NCBI GenBank assembly: GCA_032718475.1
Contig: JAUCBJ010009075.1
Location: 1 to 35,040 of the forward strand
DNA length: 35,040 bases
Direction: 5' to 3'
Origin: Nemertoderma westbladi
Lineage: Eukaryota; Animalia; Xenacoelomorpha
Positions 9,764 to 23,188 of this stretch are shown one piece after another. The position numbers were made by a program, and so were the translations under genes. The notes under the pieces are model-generated. The model was not told where the DNA came from. It worked only from the letters and a program-made list of their open reading frames with translations, and did no database searches. Numbering within the stretch: the stretch's first letter is position 1; every line of letters begins with the position of its first letter.

Positions 9764-12700
9764 CAATATTGGTTTTAGTTAAGAGGNNNNNNNNNNNNNN
9801 NNNNNNNNNNNNNNNNNNNNNNNNNNNNNNNNNNNNNNNNNNNNNNNNNNNNNNNNNNNNNNNNNNNNNNNNNNNNNNNNNNNNNNAGGCTCTCCATTCT
9901 CCCCAATATTGGTTTTAGTTAAGAGGCTCTCCATTCTCCCCAATATTGGTTTTAGTTAAGAGGCTCTCCATTCTCCCCAATATTGGTTTTAGTTAAGAGG
10001 CTCTCCATTCTCCCCAATATTGGTTTTAGTTAAGAGGCTCTCCATTCTCCCCAATATTGGTTTTAGTTAAGAGGCTCTCCATTCTCCCCAATATTGGTTT
10101 AGTTAAGAGGCTCTCCATTCTCCCCAATATTGGTTTTAGTTAAGAGGCTCTCCATTCTCCCCAATATTGGTTTTAGTTAAGAGGCTCTCCATTCTCCCCA
10201 ATATTGGTTTTAGTTAAGAGGCTCTCCATTCTCCCCAATATTGGTTTTAGTTAAGAGGCTCTCCATTCTCCCCAATATTGGTTTTAGTTAAGAGGCTCTC
10301 CATTCTCCCCAATATTGGTTTTAGTTAAGAGGCTCTCCATTCTCCCCAATATTGGTTTTAGTTAAGAGGCTCTCCATTCTCCCCAATATTGGTTTTAGTT
10401 AAGAGGCTCTCCATTCTCCCCAATATTGGTTTTAGTTAAGAGGCTCTCCATTCTCCCCAATATTGGTTTTAGTTAAGAGGCTCTCCATTCTCCCCAATAT
10501 TGGTTTTAGTTAAGAGGCTCTCCATTCTCCCCAATATTGGTTTTAGTTAAGAGGCTCTCCATTCTCCCCAATATTGGTTTTAGTTAAGAGGCTCTCCATT
10601 CTCCCCAATATTGGTTTTAGTTAAGAGGCTCTCCATTCTCCCCAATATTGGTTTTAGTTAAGAGGCTCTCCATTCTCCCCAATATTGGTTTTAGTTAAGA
10701 GGCTCTCCATTCTCCCCAATATTGGTTTTAGTTAAGAGGCTCTCCATTCTCCCCAATATTGGTTTTAGTTAAGAGGCTCTCCATTCTCCCCAATATTGGT
10801 TTTAGTTAAGAGGCTCTCCATTCTCCCCAATATTGGTTTTAGTTAAGAGGCTCTCCATTCTCCCCAATATTGGTTTTAGTTAAGAGGCTCTCCATTCTCC
10901 CCAATATTGGTTTTAGTTAAGAGGCTCTCCATTCTCCCCAATATTGGTTTTAGTTAAGAGGCTCTCCATTCTCCCCAATATTGGTTTTAGTTAAGAGGCT
11001 CTCCATTCTCCCCAATATTGGTTTTAGTTAAGAGGCTCTCCATTCTCCCCAATATTGGTTTTAGTTAAGAGGCTCTCCATTCTCCCCAATATTGGTTTTA
11101 GTTAAGAGGCTCTCCATTCTCCCCAATATTGGTTTTAGTTAAGAGGCTCTCCATTCTCCCCAATATTGGTTTTAGTTAAGAGGCTCTCCATTCTCCCCAA
11201 TATTGGTTTTAGTTAAGAGGCTCTCCATTCTCCCCAATATTGGTTTTAGTTAAGAGGCTCTCCATTCTCCCCAATATTGGTTTTAGTTAAGAGGCTCTCC
11301 ATTCTCCCCAATATTGGTTTTAGTTAAGAGGCTCTCCATTCTCCCCAATATTGGTTTTAGTTAAGAGGCTCTCCATTCTCCCCAATATTGGTTTTAGTTA
11401 AGAGGCTCTCCATTCTCCCCAATATTGGTTTTAGTTAAGAGGCTCTCCATTCTCCCCAATATTGGTTTTAGTTAAGAGGCTCTCCATTCTCCCCAATATT
11501 GGTTTTAGTTAAGAGGCTCTCCATTCTCCCCAATATTGGTTTTAGTTAAGAGGCTCTCCATTCTCCCCAATATTGGTTTTAGTTAAGAGGCTCTCCATTC
11601 TCCCCAATATTGGTTTTAGTTAAGAGGCTCTCCATTCTCCCCAATATTGGTTTTAGTTAAGAGGCTCTCCATTCTCCCCAATATTGGTTTTAGTTAAGAG
11701 GCTCTCCATTCTCCCCAATATTGGTTTTAGTTAAGAGGCTCTCCATTCTCCCCAATATTGGTTTTAGTTAAGAGGCTCTCCATTCTCCCCAATATTGGTT
11801 TTAGTTAAGAGGCTCTCCATTCTCCCCAATATTGGTTTTAGTTAAGAGGCTCTCCATTCTCCCCAATATTGGTTTTAGTTAAGAGGCTCTCCATTCTCCC
11901 CAATATTGGTTTTAGTTAAGAGGCTCTCCATTCTCCCCAATATTGGTTTTAGTTAAGAGGCTCTCCATTCTCCCCAATATTGGTTTTAGTTAAGAGGCTC
12001 TCCATTCTCCCCAATATTGGTTTTAGTTAAGAGGCTCTCCATTCTCCCCAATATTGGTTTTAGTTAAGAGGCTCTCCATTCTCCCCAATATTGGTTTTAG
12101 TTAAGAGGCTCTCCATTCTCCCCAATATTGGTTTTAGTTAAGAGGCTCTCCATTCTCCCCAATATTGGTTTTAGTTAAGAGGCTCTCCATTCTCCCCAAT
12201 ATTGGTTTTAGTTAAGAGGCTCTCCATTCTCCCCAATATTGGTTTTAGTTAAGAGGCTCTCCATTCTCCCCAATATTGGTTTTAGTTAAGAGGCTCTCCA
12301 TTCTCCCCAATATTGGTTTTAGTTAAGAGGCTCTCCATTCTCCCCAATATTGGTTTTAGTTAAGAGGCTCTCCATTCTCCCCAATATTGGTTTTAGTTAA
12401 GAGGCTCTCCATTCTCCCCAATATTGGTTTTAGTTAAGAGGCTCTCCATTCTCCCCAATATTGGTTTTAGTTAAGAGGCTCTCCATTCTCCCCAATATTG
12501 GTTTTAGTTAAGAGGCTCTCCATTCTCCCCAATATTGGTTTTAGTTAAGAGGCTCTCCATTCTCCCCAATATTGGTTTTAGTTAAGAGGCTCTCCATTCT
12601 CCCCAATATTGGTTTTAGTTAAGAGGCTCTCCATTCTCCCCAATATTGGTTTTAGTTAAGAGGCTCTCCATTCTCCCCAATATTGGTTTTAGTTAAGAGG

Positions 12701-15700
12701 CTCTCCATTCTCCCCAATATTGGTTTTAGTTAAGAGGCTCTCCATTCTCCCCAATATTGGTTTTAGTTAAGAGGCTCTCCATTCTCCCCAATATTGGTTT
12801 TAGTTAAGAGGCTCTCCATTCTCCCCAATATTGGTTTTAGTTAAGAGGCTCTCCATTCTCCCCAATATTGGTTTTAGTTAAGAGGCTCTCCATTCTCCCC
12901 AATATTGGTTTTAGTTAAGAGGCTCTCCATTCTCCCCAATATTGGTTTTAGTTAAGAGGCTCTCCATTCTCCCCAATATTGGTTTTAGTTAAGAGGCTCT
13001 CCATTCTCCCCAATATTGGTTTTAGTTAAGAGGCTCTCCATTCTCCCCAATATTGGTTTTAGTTAAGAGGCTCTCCATTCTCCCCAATATTGGTTTTAGT
13101 TAAGAGGCTCTCCATTCTCCCCAATATTGGTTTTAGTTAAGAGGCTCTCCATTCTCCCCAATATTGGTTTTAGTTAAGAGGCTCTCCATTCTCCCCAATA
13201 TTGGTTTTAGTTAAGAGGCTCTCCATTCTCCCCAATATTGGTTTTAGTTAAGAGGCTCTCCATTCTCCCCAATATTGGTTTTAGTTAAGAGGCTCTCCAT
13301 TCTCCCCAATATTGGTTTTAGTTAAGAGGCTCTCCATTCTCCCCAATATTGGTTTTAGTTAAGAGGCTCTCCATTCTCCCCAATATTGGTTTTAGTTAAG
13401 AGGCTCTCCATTCTCCCCAATATTGGTTTTAGTTAAGAGGCTCTCCATTCTCCCCAATATTGGTTTTAGTTAAGAGGCTCTCCATTCTCCCCAATATTGG
13501 TTTTAGTTAAGAGGCTCTCCATTCTCCCCAATATTGGTTTTAGTTAAGAGGCTCTCCATTCTCCCCAATATTGGTTTTAGTTAAGAGGCTCTCCATTCTC
13601 CCCAATATTGGTTTTAGTTAAGAGGCTCTCCATTCTCCCCAATATTGGTTTTAGTTAAGAGGCTCTCCATTCTCCCCAATATTGGTTTTAGTTAAGAGGC
13701 TCTCCATTCTCCCCAATATTGGTTTTAGTTAAGAGGCTCTCCATTCTCCCCAATATTGGTTTTAGTTAAGAGGCTCTCCATTCTCCCCAATATTGGTTTT
13801 AGTTAAGAGGCTCTCCATTCTCCCCAATATTGGTTTTAGTTAAGAGGCTCTCCATTCTCCCCAATATTGGTTTTAGTTAAGAGGCTCTCCATTCTCCCCA
13901 ATATTGGTTTTAGTTAAGAGGCTCTCCATTCTCCCCAATATTGGTTTTAGTTAAGAGGCTCTCCATTCTCCCCAATATTGGTTTTAGTTAAGAGGCTCTC
14001 CATTCTCCCCAATATTGGTTTTAGTTAAGAGGCTCTCCATTCTCCCCAATATTGGTTTTAGTTAAGAGGCTCTCCATTCTCCCCAATATTGGTTTTAGTT
14101 AAGAGGCTCTCCATTCTCCCCAATATTGGTTTAGTTAAGAGGCTCTCCATTCTCCCCAATATTGGTTTTAGTTAAGAGGCTCTCCATTCTCCCCAATATT
14201 GGTTTTAGTTAAGAGGCTCTCCATTCTCCCCAATATTGGTTTTAGTTAAGAGGCTCTCCATTCTCCCCAATATTGGTTTTAGTTAAGAGGCTCTCCATTC
14301 TCCCCAATATTGGTTTTAGTTAAGAGGCTCTCCATTCTCCCCAATATTGGTTTTAGTTAAGAGGCTCTCCATTCTCCCCAATATTGGTTTTAGTTAAGAG
14401 GCTCTCCATTCTCCCCAATATTGGTTTTAGTTAAGAGGCTCTCCATTCTCCCCAATATTGGTTTTAGTTAAGAGGCTCTCCATTCTCCCCAATATTGGTT
14501 TTAGTTAAGAGGCTCTCCATTCTCCCCAATATTGGTTTTAGTTAAGAGGCTCTCCATTCTCCCCAATATTGGTTTTAGTTAAGAGGCTCTCCATTCTCCC
14601 CAATATTGGTTTTAGTTAAGAGGCTCTCCATTCTCCCCAATATTGGTTTTAGTTAAGAGGCTCTCCATTCTCCCCAATATTGGTTTTAGTTAAGAGGCTC
14701 TCCATTCTCCCCAATATTGGTTTTAGTTAAGAGGCTCTCCATTCTCCCCAATATTGGTTTTAGTTAAGAGGCTCTCCATTCTCCCCAATATTGGTTTTAG
14801 TTAAGAGGCTCTCCATTCTCCCCAATATTGGTTTAGTTAAGAGGCTCTCCATTCTCCCCAATATTGGTTTTAGTTAAGAGGCTCTCCATTCTCCCCAATA
14901 TTGGTTTTAGTTAAGAGGCTCTCCATTCTCCCCAATATTGGTTTTAGTTAAGAGGCTCTCCATTCTCCCCAATATTGGTTTTAGTTAAGAGGCTCTCCAT
15001 TCTCCCCAATATTGGTTTTAGTTAAGAGGCTCTCCATTCTCCCCAATATTGGTTTTAGTTAAGAGGCTCTCCATTCTCCCCAATATTGGTTTTAGTTAAG
15101 AGGCTCTCCATTCTCCCCAATATTGGTTTTAGTTAAGAGGCTCTCCATTCTCCCCAATATTGGTTTTAGTTAAGAGGCTCTCCATTCTCCCCAATATTGG
15201 TTTTAGTTAAGAGGCTCTCCATTCTCCCCAATATTGGTTTTAGTTAAGAGGCTCTCCATTCTCCCCAATATTGGTTTTAGTTAAGAGGCTCTCCATTCTC
15301 CCCAATATTGGTTTTAGTTAAGAGGCTCTCCATTCTCCCCAATATTGGTTTTAGTTAAGAGGCTCTCCATTCTCCCCAATATTGGTTTTAGTTAAGAGGC
15401 TCTCCATTCTCCCCAATATTGGTTTTAGTTAAGAGGCTCTCCATTCTCCCCAATATTGGTTTTAGTTAAGAGGCTCTCCATTCTCCCCAATATTGGTTTT
15501 AGTTAAGAGGCTCTCCATTCTCCCCAATATTGGTTTTAGTTAAGAGGCTCTCCATTCTCCCCAATATTGGTTTTAGTTAAGAGGCTCTCCATTCTCCCCA
15601 ATATTGGTTTTAGTTAAGAGGCTCTCCATTCTCCCCAATATTGGTTTTAGTTAAGAGGCTCTCCATTCTCCCCAATATTGGTTTTAGTTAAGAGGCTCTC

Positions 15701-18700
15701 CATTCTCCCCAATATTGGTTTTAGTTAAGAGGCTCTCCATTCTCCCCAATATTGGTTTTAGTTAAGAGGCTCTCCATTCTCCCCAATATTGGTTTTAGTT
15801 AAGAGGCTCTCCATTCTCCCCAATATTGGTTTTAGTTAAGAGGCTCTCCATTCTCCCCAATATTGGTTTTAGTTAAGAGGCTCTCCATTCTCCCCAATAT
15901 TGGTTTTAGTTAAGAGGCTCTCCATTCTCCCCAATATTGGTTTTAGTTAAGAGGCTCTCCATTCTCCCCAATATTGGTTTTAGTTAAGAGGCTCTCCATT
16001 CTCCCCAATATTGGTTTTAGTTAAGAGGCTCTCCATTCTCCCCAATATTGGTTTTAGTTAAGAGGCTCTCCATTCTCCCCAATATTGGTTTTAGTTAAGA
16101 GGCTCTCCATTCTCCCCAATATTGGTTTTAGTTAAGAGGCTCTCCATTCTCCCCAATATTGGTTTTAGTTAAGAGGCTCTCCATTCTCCCCAATATTGGT
16201 TTTAGTTAAGAGGCTCTCCATTCTCCCCAATATTGGTTTTAGTTAAGAGGCTCTCCATTCTCCCCAATATTGGTTTTAGTTAAGAGGCTCTCCATTCTCC
16301 CCAATATTGGTTTTAGTTAAGAGGCTCTCCATTCTCCCCAATATTGGTTTTAGTTAAGAGGCTCTCCATTCTCCCCAATATTGGTTTTAGTTAAGAGGCT
16401 CTCCATTCTCCCCAATATTGGTTTTAGTTAAGAGGCTCTCCATTCTCCCCAATATTGGTTTTAGTTAAGAGGCTCTCCATTCTCCCCAATATTGGTTTTA
16501 GTTAAGAGGCTCTCCATTCTCCCCAATATTGGTTTTAGTTAAGAGGCTCTCCATTCTCCCCAATATTGGTTTTAGTTAAGAGGCTCTCCATTCTCCCCAA
16601 TATTGGTTTTAGTTAAGAGGCTCTCCATTCTCCCCAATATTGGTTTTAGTTAAGAGGCTCTCCATTCTCCCCAATATTGGTTTTAGTTAAGAGGCTCTCC
16701 ATTCTCCCCAATATTGGTTTTAGTTAAGAGGCTCTCCATTCTCCCCAATATTGGTTTTAGTTAAGAGGCTCTCCATTCTCCCCAATATTGGTTTTAGTTA
16801 AGAGGCTCTCCATTCTCCCCAATATTGGTTTTAGTTAAGAGGCTCTCCATTCTCCCCAATATTGGTTTTAGTTAAGAGGCTCTCCATTCTCCCCAATATT
16901 GGTTTTAGTTAAGAGGCTCTCCATTCTCCCCAATATTGGTTTTAGTTAAGAGGCTCTCCATTCTCCCCAATATTGGTTTTAGTTAAGAGGCTCTCCATTC
17001 TCCCCAATATTGGTTTAGTTAAGAGGCTCTCCATTCTCCCCAATATTGGTTTTAGTTAAGAGGCTCTCCATTCTCCCCAATATTGGTTTAGTTAAGAGGC
17101 TCTCCATTCTCCCCAATATTGGTTTTAGTTAAGAGGCTCTCCATTCTCCCCAATATTGGTTTTAGTTAAGAGGCTCTCCATTCTCCCCAATATTGGTTTT
17201 AGTTAAGAGGCTCTCCATTCTCCCCAATATTGGTTTTAGTTAAGAGGCTCTCCATTCTCCCCAATATTGGTTTTAGTTAAGAGGCTCTCCATTCTCCCCA
17301 ATATTGGTTTTAGTTAAGAGGCTCTCCATTCTCCCCAATATTGGTTTAGTTAAGAGGCTCTCCATTCTCCCCAATATTGGTTTTAGTTAAGAGGCTCTCC
17401 ATTCTCCCCAATATTGGTTTTAGTTAAGAGGCTCTCCATTCTCCCCAATATTGGTTTTAGTTAAGAGGCTCTCCATTCTCCCCAATATTGGTTTTAGTTA
17501 AGAGGCTCTCCATTCTCCCCAATATTGGTTTTAGTTAAGAGGCTCTCCATTCTCCCCAATATTGGTTTTAGTTAAGAGGCTCTCCATTCTCCCCAATATT
17601 GGTTTTAGTTAAGAGGCTCTCCATTCTCCCCAATATTGGTTTTAGTTAAGAGGCTCTCCATTCTCCCCAATATTGGTTTTAGTTAAGAGGCTCTCCATTC
17701 TCCCCAATATTGGTTTTAGTTAAGAGGCTCTCCATTCTCCCCAATATTGGTTTTAGTTAAGAGGCTCTCCATTCTCCCCAATATTGGTTTTAGTTAAGAG
17801 GCTCTCCATTCTCCCCAATATTGGTTTTAGTTAAGAGGCTCTCCATTCTCCCCAATATTGGTTTTAGTTAAGAGGCTCTCCATTCTCCCCAATATTGGTT
17901 TTAGTTAAGAGGCTCTCCATTCTCCCCAATATTGGTTTTAGTTAAGAGGCTCTCCATTCTCCCCAATATTGGTTTTAGTTAAGAGGCTCTCCATTCTCCC
18001 CAATATTGGTTTTAGTTAAGAGGCTCTCCATTCTCCCCAATATTGGTTTTAGTTAAGAGGCTCTCCATTCTCCCCAATATTGGTTTTAGTTAAGAGGCTC
18101 TCCATTCTCCCCAATATTGGTTTTAGTTAAGAGGCTCTCCATTCTCCCCAATATTGGTTTTAGTTAAGAGGCTCTCCATTCTCCCCAATATTGGTTTTAG
18201 TTAAGAGGCTCTCCATTCTCCCCAATATTGGTTTAGTTAAGAGGCTCTCCATTCTCCCCAATATTGGTTTTAGTTAAGAGGCTCTCCATTCTCCCCAATA
18301 TTGGTTTTAGTTAAGAGGCTCTCCATTCTCCCCAATATTGGTTTTAGTTAAGAGGCTCTCCATTCTCCCCAATATTGGTTTTAGTTAAGAGGCTCTCCAT
18401 TCTCCCCAATATTGGTTTTAGTTAAGAGGCTCTCCATTCTCCCCAATATTGGTTTTAGTTAAGAGGCTCTCCATTCTCCCCAATATTGGTTTTAGTTAAG
18501 AGGCTCTCCATTCTCCCCAATATTGGTTTTAGTTAAGAGGCTCTCCATTCTCCCCAATATTGGTTTTAGTTAAGAGGCTCTCCATTCTCCCCAATATTGG
18601 TTTTAGTTAAGAGGCTCTCCATTCTCCCCAATATTGGTTTAGTTAAGAGGCTCTCCATTCTCCCCAATATTGGTTTTAGTTAAGAGGCTCTCCATTCTCC

Positions 18701-21085
18701 CCAATATTGGTTTTAGTTAAGAGGCTCTCCATTCTCCCCAATATTGGTTTTAGTTAAGAGGCTCTCCATTCTCCCCAATATTGGTTTTAGTTAAGAGGCT
18801 CTCCATTCTCCCCAATATTGGTTTTAGTTAAGAGGCTCTCCATTCTCCCCAATATTGGTTTTAGTTAAGAGGCTCTCCATTCTCCCCAATATTGGTTTTA
18901 GTTAAGAGGCTCTCCATTCTCCCCAATATTGGTTTTAGTTAAGAGGCTCTCCATTCTCCCCAATATTGGTTTTAGTTAAGAGGCTCTCCATTCTCCCCAA
19001 TATTGGTTTTAGTTAAGAGGCTCTCCATTCTCCCCAATATTGGTTTAGTTAAGAGGCTCTCCATTCTCCCCAATATTGGTTTTAGTTAAGAGGCTCTCCA
19101 TTCTCCCCAATATTGGTTTTAGTTAAGAGGCTCTCCATTCTCCCCAATATTGGTTTTAGTTAAGAGGCTCTCCATTCTCCCCAATATTGGTTTTAGTTAA
19201 GAGGCTCTCCATTCTCCCCAATATTGGTTTTAGTTAAGAGGCTCTCCATTCTCCCCAATATTGGTTTTAGTTAAGAGGCTCTCCATTCTCCCCAATATTG
19301 GTTTTAGTTAAGAGGCTCTCCATTCTCCCCAATATTGGTTTTAGTTAAGAGGCTCTCCATTCTCCCCAATATTGGTTTTAGTTAAGAGGCTCTCCATTCT
19401 CCCCAATATTGGTTTTAGTTAAGAGGCTCTCCATTCTCCCCAATATTGGTTTTAGTTAAGAGGCTCTCCATTCTCCCCAATATTGGTTTTAGTTAAGAGG
19501 CTCTCCATTCTCCCCAATATTGGTTTTAGTTAAGAGGCTCTCCATTCTCCCCAATATTGGTTTTAGTTAAGAGGCTCTCCATTCTCCCCAATATTGGTTT
19601 TAGTTAAGAGGCTCTCCATTCTCCCCAATATTGGTTTTAGTTAAGAGGCTCTCCATTCTCCCCAATATTGGTTTTAGTTAAGAGGCTCTCCATTCTCCCC
19701 AATATTGGTTTTAGTTAAGAGGCTCTCCATTCTCCCCAATATTGGTTTTAGTTAAGAGGCTCTCCATTCTCCCCAATATTGGTTTTAGTTAAGAGGCTCT
19801 CCATTCTCCCCAATATTGGTTTTAGTTAAGAGGCTCTCCATTCTCCCCAATATTGGTTTTAGTTAAGAGGCTCTCCATTCTCCCCAATATTGGTTTAGTT
19901 AAGAGGCTCTCCATTCTCCCCAATATTGGTTTTAGTTAAGAGGCTCTCCATTCTCCCCAATATTGGTTTAGTTAAGAGGCTCTCCATTCTCCCCAATATT
20001 GGTTTTAGTTAAGAGGCTCTCCATTCTCCCCAATATTGGTTTTAGTTAAGAGGCTCTCCATTCTCCCCAATATTGGTTTTAGTTAAGAGGCTCTCCATTC
20101 TCCCCAATATTGGTTTTAGTTAAGAGGCTCTCCATTCTCCCCAATATTGGTTTTAGTTAAGAGGCTCTCCATTCTCCCCAATATTGGTTTTAGTTAAGAG
20201 GCTCTCCATCTCCCCAATGGTTGTTAGAGGCTCCATCTCCCAATATTGGTTTAGTTAAGAGGCTCTCCATTCTCCCCAATATTGGTTTTAGTTAAGAGGC
20301 TCTCCATTCTCCCCAATATTGGTTTTACAGTAGTTAAGAGGCTCTCCATTCTCCCCAATATTGGTTTTAGTTAAGAGGCTCTCCATTTTCCCCAATATTG
20401 GTTTTAGTTAAGAGGCTCTCCATTCTCCCCAATATTGGTTTTAGTTAAGAGGCTCTCCATTCTCCCCAATATTGGTTTAGTTAAGAGGCTCTCCATTCTC
20501 CCCAATATTGGTTTAGTTAAGAGGCTCTCCATTCTCCCCAATATTGGTTTTAGTTAAGAGGCTCTCCATTCTCCCCAATATTGGTTTTAGTTAAGAGGCT
20601 CTCCATTCTCCCCAATATTGGTTTTAGTTAAGAGGCTCTCCATTCTCCCCAATATTGGTTTTAGTTAAGAGGCTCTCCATTCTCCCCAATATTGGTTTAG
20701 TTAAGAGGCTCTCCATTCTCCCCAATATTGGTTTAGTTAAGAGGCTCTCCATTCTCCCCAATATTGGTTTTAGTTAAGAGGCTCTCCATTCTCCCCAATA
20801 TTGGTTTTAGTTAAGAGGCTCTCCATTCTCCCCAATATTGGTTTAGTTAAGAGGCTCTCCATTCTCCCCAATATTGGTTTTAGTTAAGAGGCTCTCCATT
20901 CTCCCCAATATTGGTTTAGTTAAGAGGCTCTCCATTCTCCCCAATATTGGTTTTAGTTAAGAGGCTCTCCATTCTCCCCAATATTGGTTTAGTTAAGAGG
21001 ATCTCCATTCTCCCCAATATTGGTTTAGTTAAGAGGCTCTCCATTCTCCCCAATATTGGTTTAGTTAAGAGGCTCCCCATTCTCC
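9764..21085 (+). repeat. 37-bp satellite array, about 300 copies, nearly invariant
   Basis: Unit CCAATATTGGTTTTAGTTAAGAGGCTCTCCATTCTCC, head-to-tail with no spacers. It starts just left of the gap. Occasional 36-bp (T3) variants are enriched near the right end. Confidence 0.99.
9787..9886. other. Assembly gap (100 N)
   Basis: Run of N; a standard placeholder size, so the true length is unknown. Confidence 0.99.
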
Positions 21086-21537
21086 TTCGGCCTTTAAAAA
21101 ATATGCTTTTACTATTCCTCGATAATGGGAGTTAAAAAGTCGGACAAAAAATGTTACCTCCTTTTTGTAAAATAAATATATATTTTTTCAATATTGTCTT
21201 CACCCTAGACCCTATTGTCTTAACCTCGCTGGCGCTCGGTAAATATATTTCCTCGAGAATATTGAAAAATTTCTACCTTTTTTCCATGTTATAATTAATT
21301 ATTTTTCTACAATTACATCGATAGAAGTGAAAATGGTGTGAATATTCTCGTTTAGGTTCGTTCAGTGGGATCAAGTTTGCATCTCACACACAAACATTCA
21401 TTTGTAAATAGGAACGAAACGGTGACGTTTGGCCTCCCACACGCCGACACGTCTCTATTTGTGCTTTTCAGATCAAACCGTGTAGGTTGTCCAGTGGGGT
21501 CACGTTTGGTTTGCCAAACGCTGATGTCGTTTCTATG

Positions 21538-21680
21538 TCACATGACCCATGTCATCGACTTCCTGCCATCGCCACCCCATAGGTGCAGTAGCTCCGACCA
21601 ATCAGCATTCAGAGCGTTCCGATCCCGATTGGCATAATGTCTGGCTATAAAAGGGCCTGTTTTGTCACTTACCTCACCTT
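21538..21680 (+). promoter_or_regulatory. Pol II promoter-like cluster (E-box, CCAAT, TATA)
   Basis: TCACATGA at about 21538, CCAATCAG at 21598, inverted ATTGG at about 21628, TATAAAAG at 21646-21653 and a pyrimidine-rich CA about 30 nt downstream. Motif-level evidence only. Confidence 0.35.
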
Positions 21681-21971
21681 CTTGCACCTTCACCCTCTGC
21701 TTGCGGAAGCACCTGTATTTTACAACAGTAAATGTTTTTATAGCAGTAAATGTTTTTATATTAATGTTTTTAGCGGCATTTTTATCTGTAAATAGTATTT
21801 CTGTATTTCAGCAATTTCTGTACTTAATTAATAATAAGTGATTCTGGTTAAATAATGCATAGTTCCGGCATAGTTCACATCGATTTATACTCGTTTTCAT
21901 CTCGACTTCCCTTCCTATACAGTCCACTTCATCGAACTCTAACTTTGGTAAGACCCGAGGAACAGGTGCAG

Positions 21972-23187
21972 TCACCCTCTCCCTCACCTCTCCCTCACCC
22001 CTCCCTCACCTCCTCCCTCACCCTCTCCCTCCCCTCTCCCTCACCCTCTCCCTCACCCTCCCTCACCCCTCCCTCCCCTCACCCTCCCTCACCCTCCCCT
22101 CTCCCTCACCCTCTCCCTCACCTCTCCCTCACCCCTCCCTCCCCCTCCCTCACCCCTCCCTCCCTCCCCTCACCCTCACCCTCTCCCTCACCCTCTCCCT
22201 CTCCCTCTCCCTCACCCTCCCCTCCCTCTCCCTCTCCCTCCCCTCCCCTCACCCTCTCCCTCACCTCTCCCTCACCCTCTCCCTCACCCTCTCCCTCACC
22301 CTCTCCCTCACCTCTCCCTCACCCTCTCCCTCACCCTCACCCTCCCCCTCACCTCTCCCTCACCCTCACCCTCCCTCACCCTCTCCCTCACCCTCCCTCA
22401 CCCTCTCCCTCCCCTCTCCCTCACCCTCTCCCTCCCCTCACCCTCACCCTCACCCTCTCCCTCACCCTCCCCCTCCCTCCCCTCTCCCTCCCCCTCCCTC
22501 ACCCTCTCCCTCCCCTCTCCCTCACCCTCTCCCTCTCCCTCACCTCTCCCTCACCCTCTCCCTCACCCTCACCCTCTCCCTCACCTCTCCCTCACCCTCT
22601 CCCTCACCCTCCCCTCCCTCACCCTCCCTCTCCCTCACCTCTCCCTCACCCTCTCCCTCACCCTCACCCTCTCCCTCACCTCTCCCTCACCCTCACCCTC
22701 ACCCTCTCCCTCACCCTCACCCTCTCCCTCACCCTCTCCCTCCTCCCCTCACCCTCCCTCCCCTCACCCTCACCCTCTCCCTCACCCTCACCCTCTCCCT
22801 CACCCTCTCCCTCTCCCTCTCCCTCTCCCTCTCCCTCCCCTCCCCTCTCCCTCCCCTCTCCCTCACCTCTCCCTCACCCTCTCCCTCACCCTCACCCTCT
22901 CCCTCACCTCTCCCTCACCCTCTCCCTCACCCTCACCTCTCCCTCACCTCTCCCTCTCCCTCACCTCCCCTCACCCTCTCCCTCACCCTCACCCTCTCCC
23001 TCACCTCTCCCTCACCCTCCCCTCACCCCTCCCTCACCCTCACCCTCTCCCTCACCCTCTCCCTCTCTCTCTCCCTCACCTCTCCCTCACCCTCTCCCTC
23101 TCCCTCTCCCTCTCCCTCCCCTCACCCTCTCCCTCACCCTCACCCTCTCCCTCTCCCTCACCTCTCCCTCACCCTCACCCTCACCCT
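21972..23187 (+). repeat. 1.2-kb low-complexity (CCCTCA/CCCTCT)n tract
   Basis: G-free C/T/A hexamer-based repeat; it explains the spurious Pro/Ser-rich ORF 21855-23210. Confidence 0.95.
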
Positions 23188-23188
23188 T

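Noticed and set aside
9764-21085. CRISPR array (37-bp repeat with a palindrome)
   Set aside because: Units are head-to-tail with no spacers, there are no cas genes, and the context is eukaryotic TE DNA.
20947-21135. (LVKRLSILPNIG)n peptide
   Set aside because: Arises only where 36-bp satellite variants are adjacent; no ATG and no other coding evidence.
21180-21280. Crypton-like non-autonomous repeat (CTCGCTGGCGCTCGG hairpin)
   Set aside because: Only a vague resemblance; no boundaries or recombinase ORF to support it.
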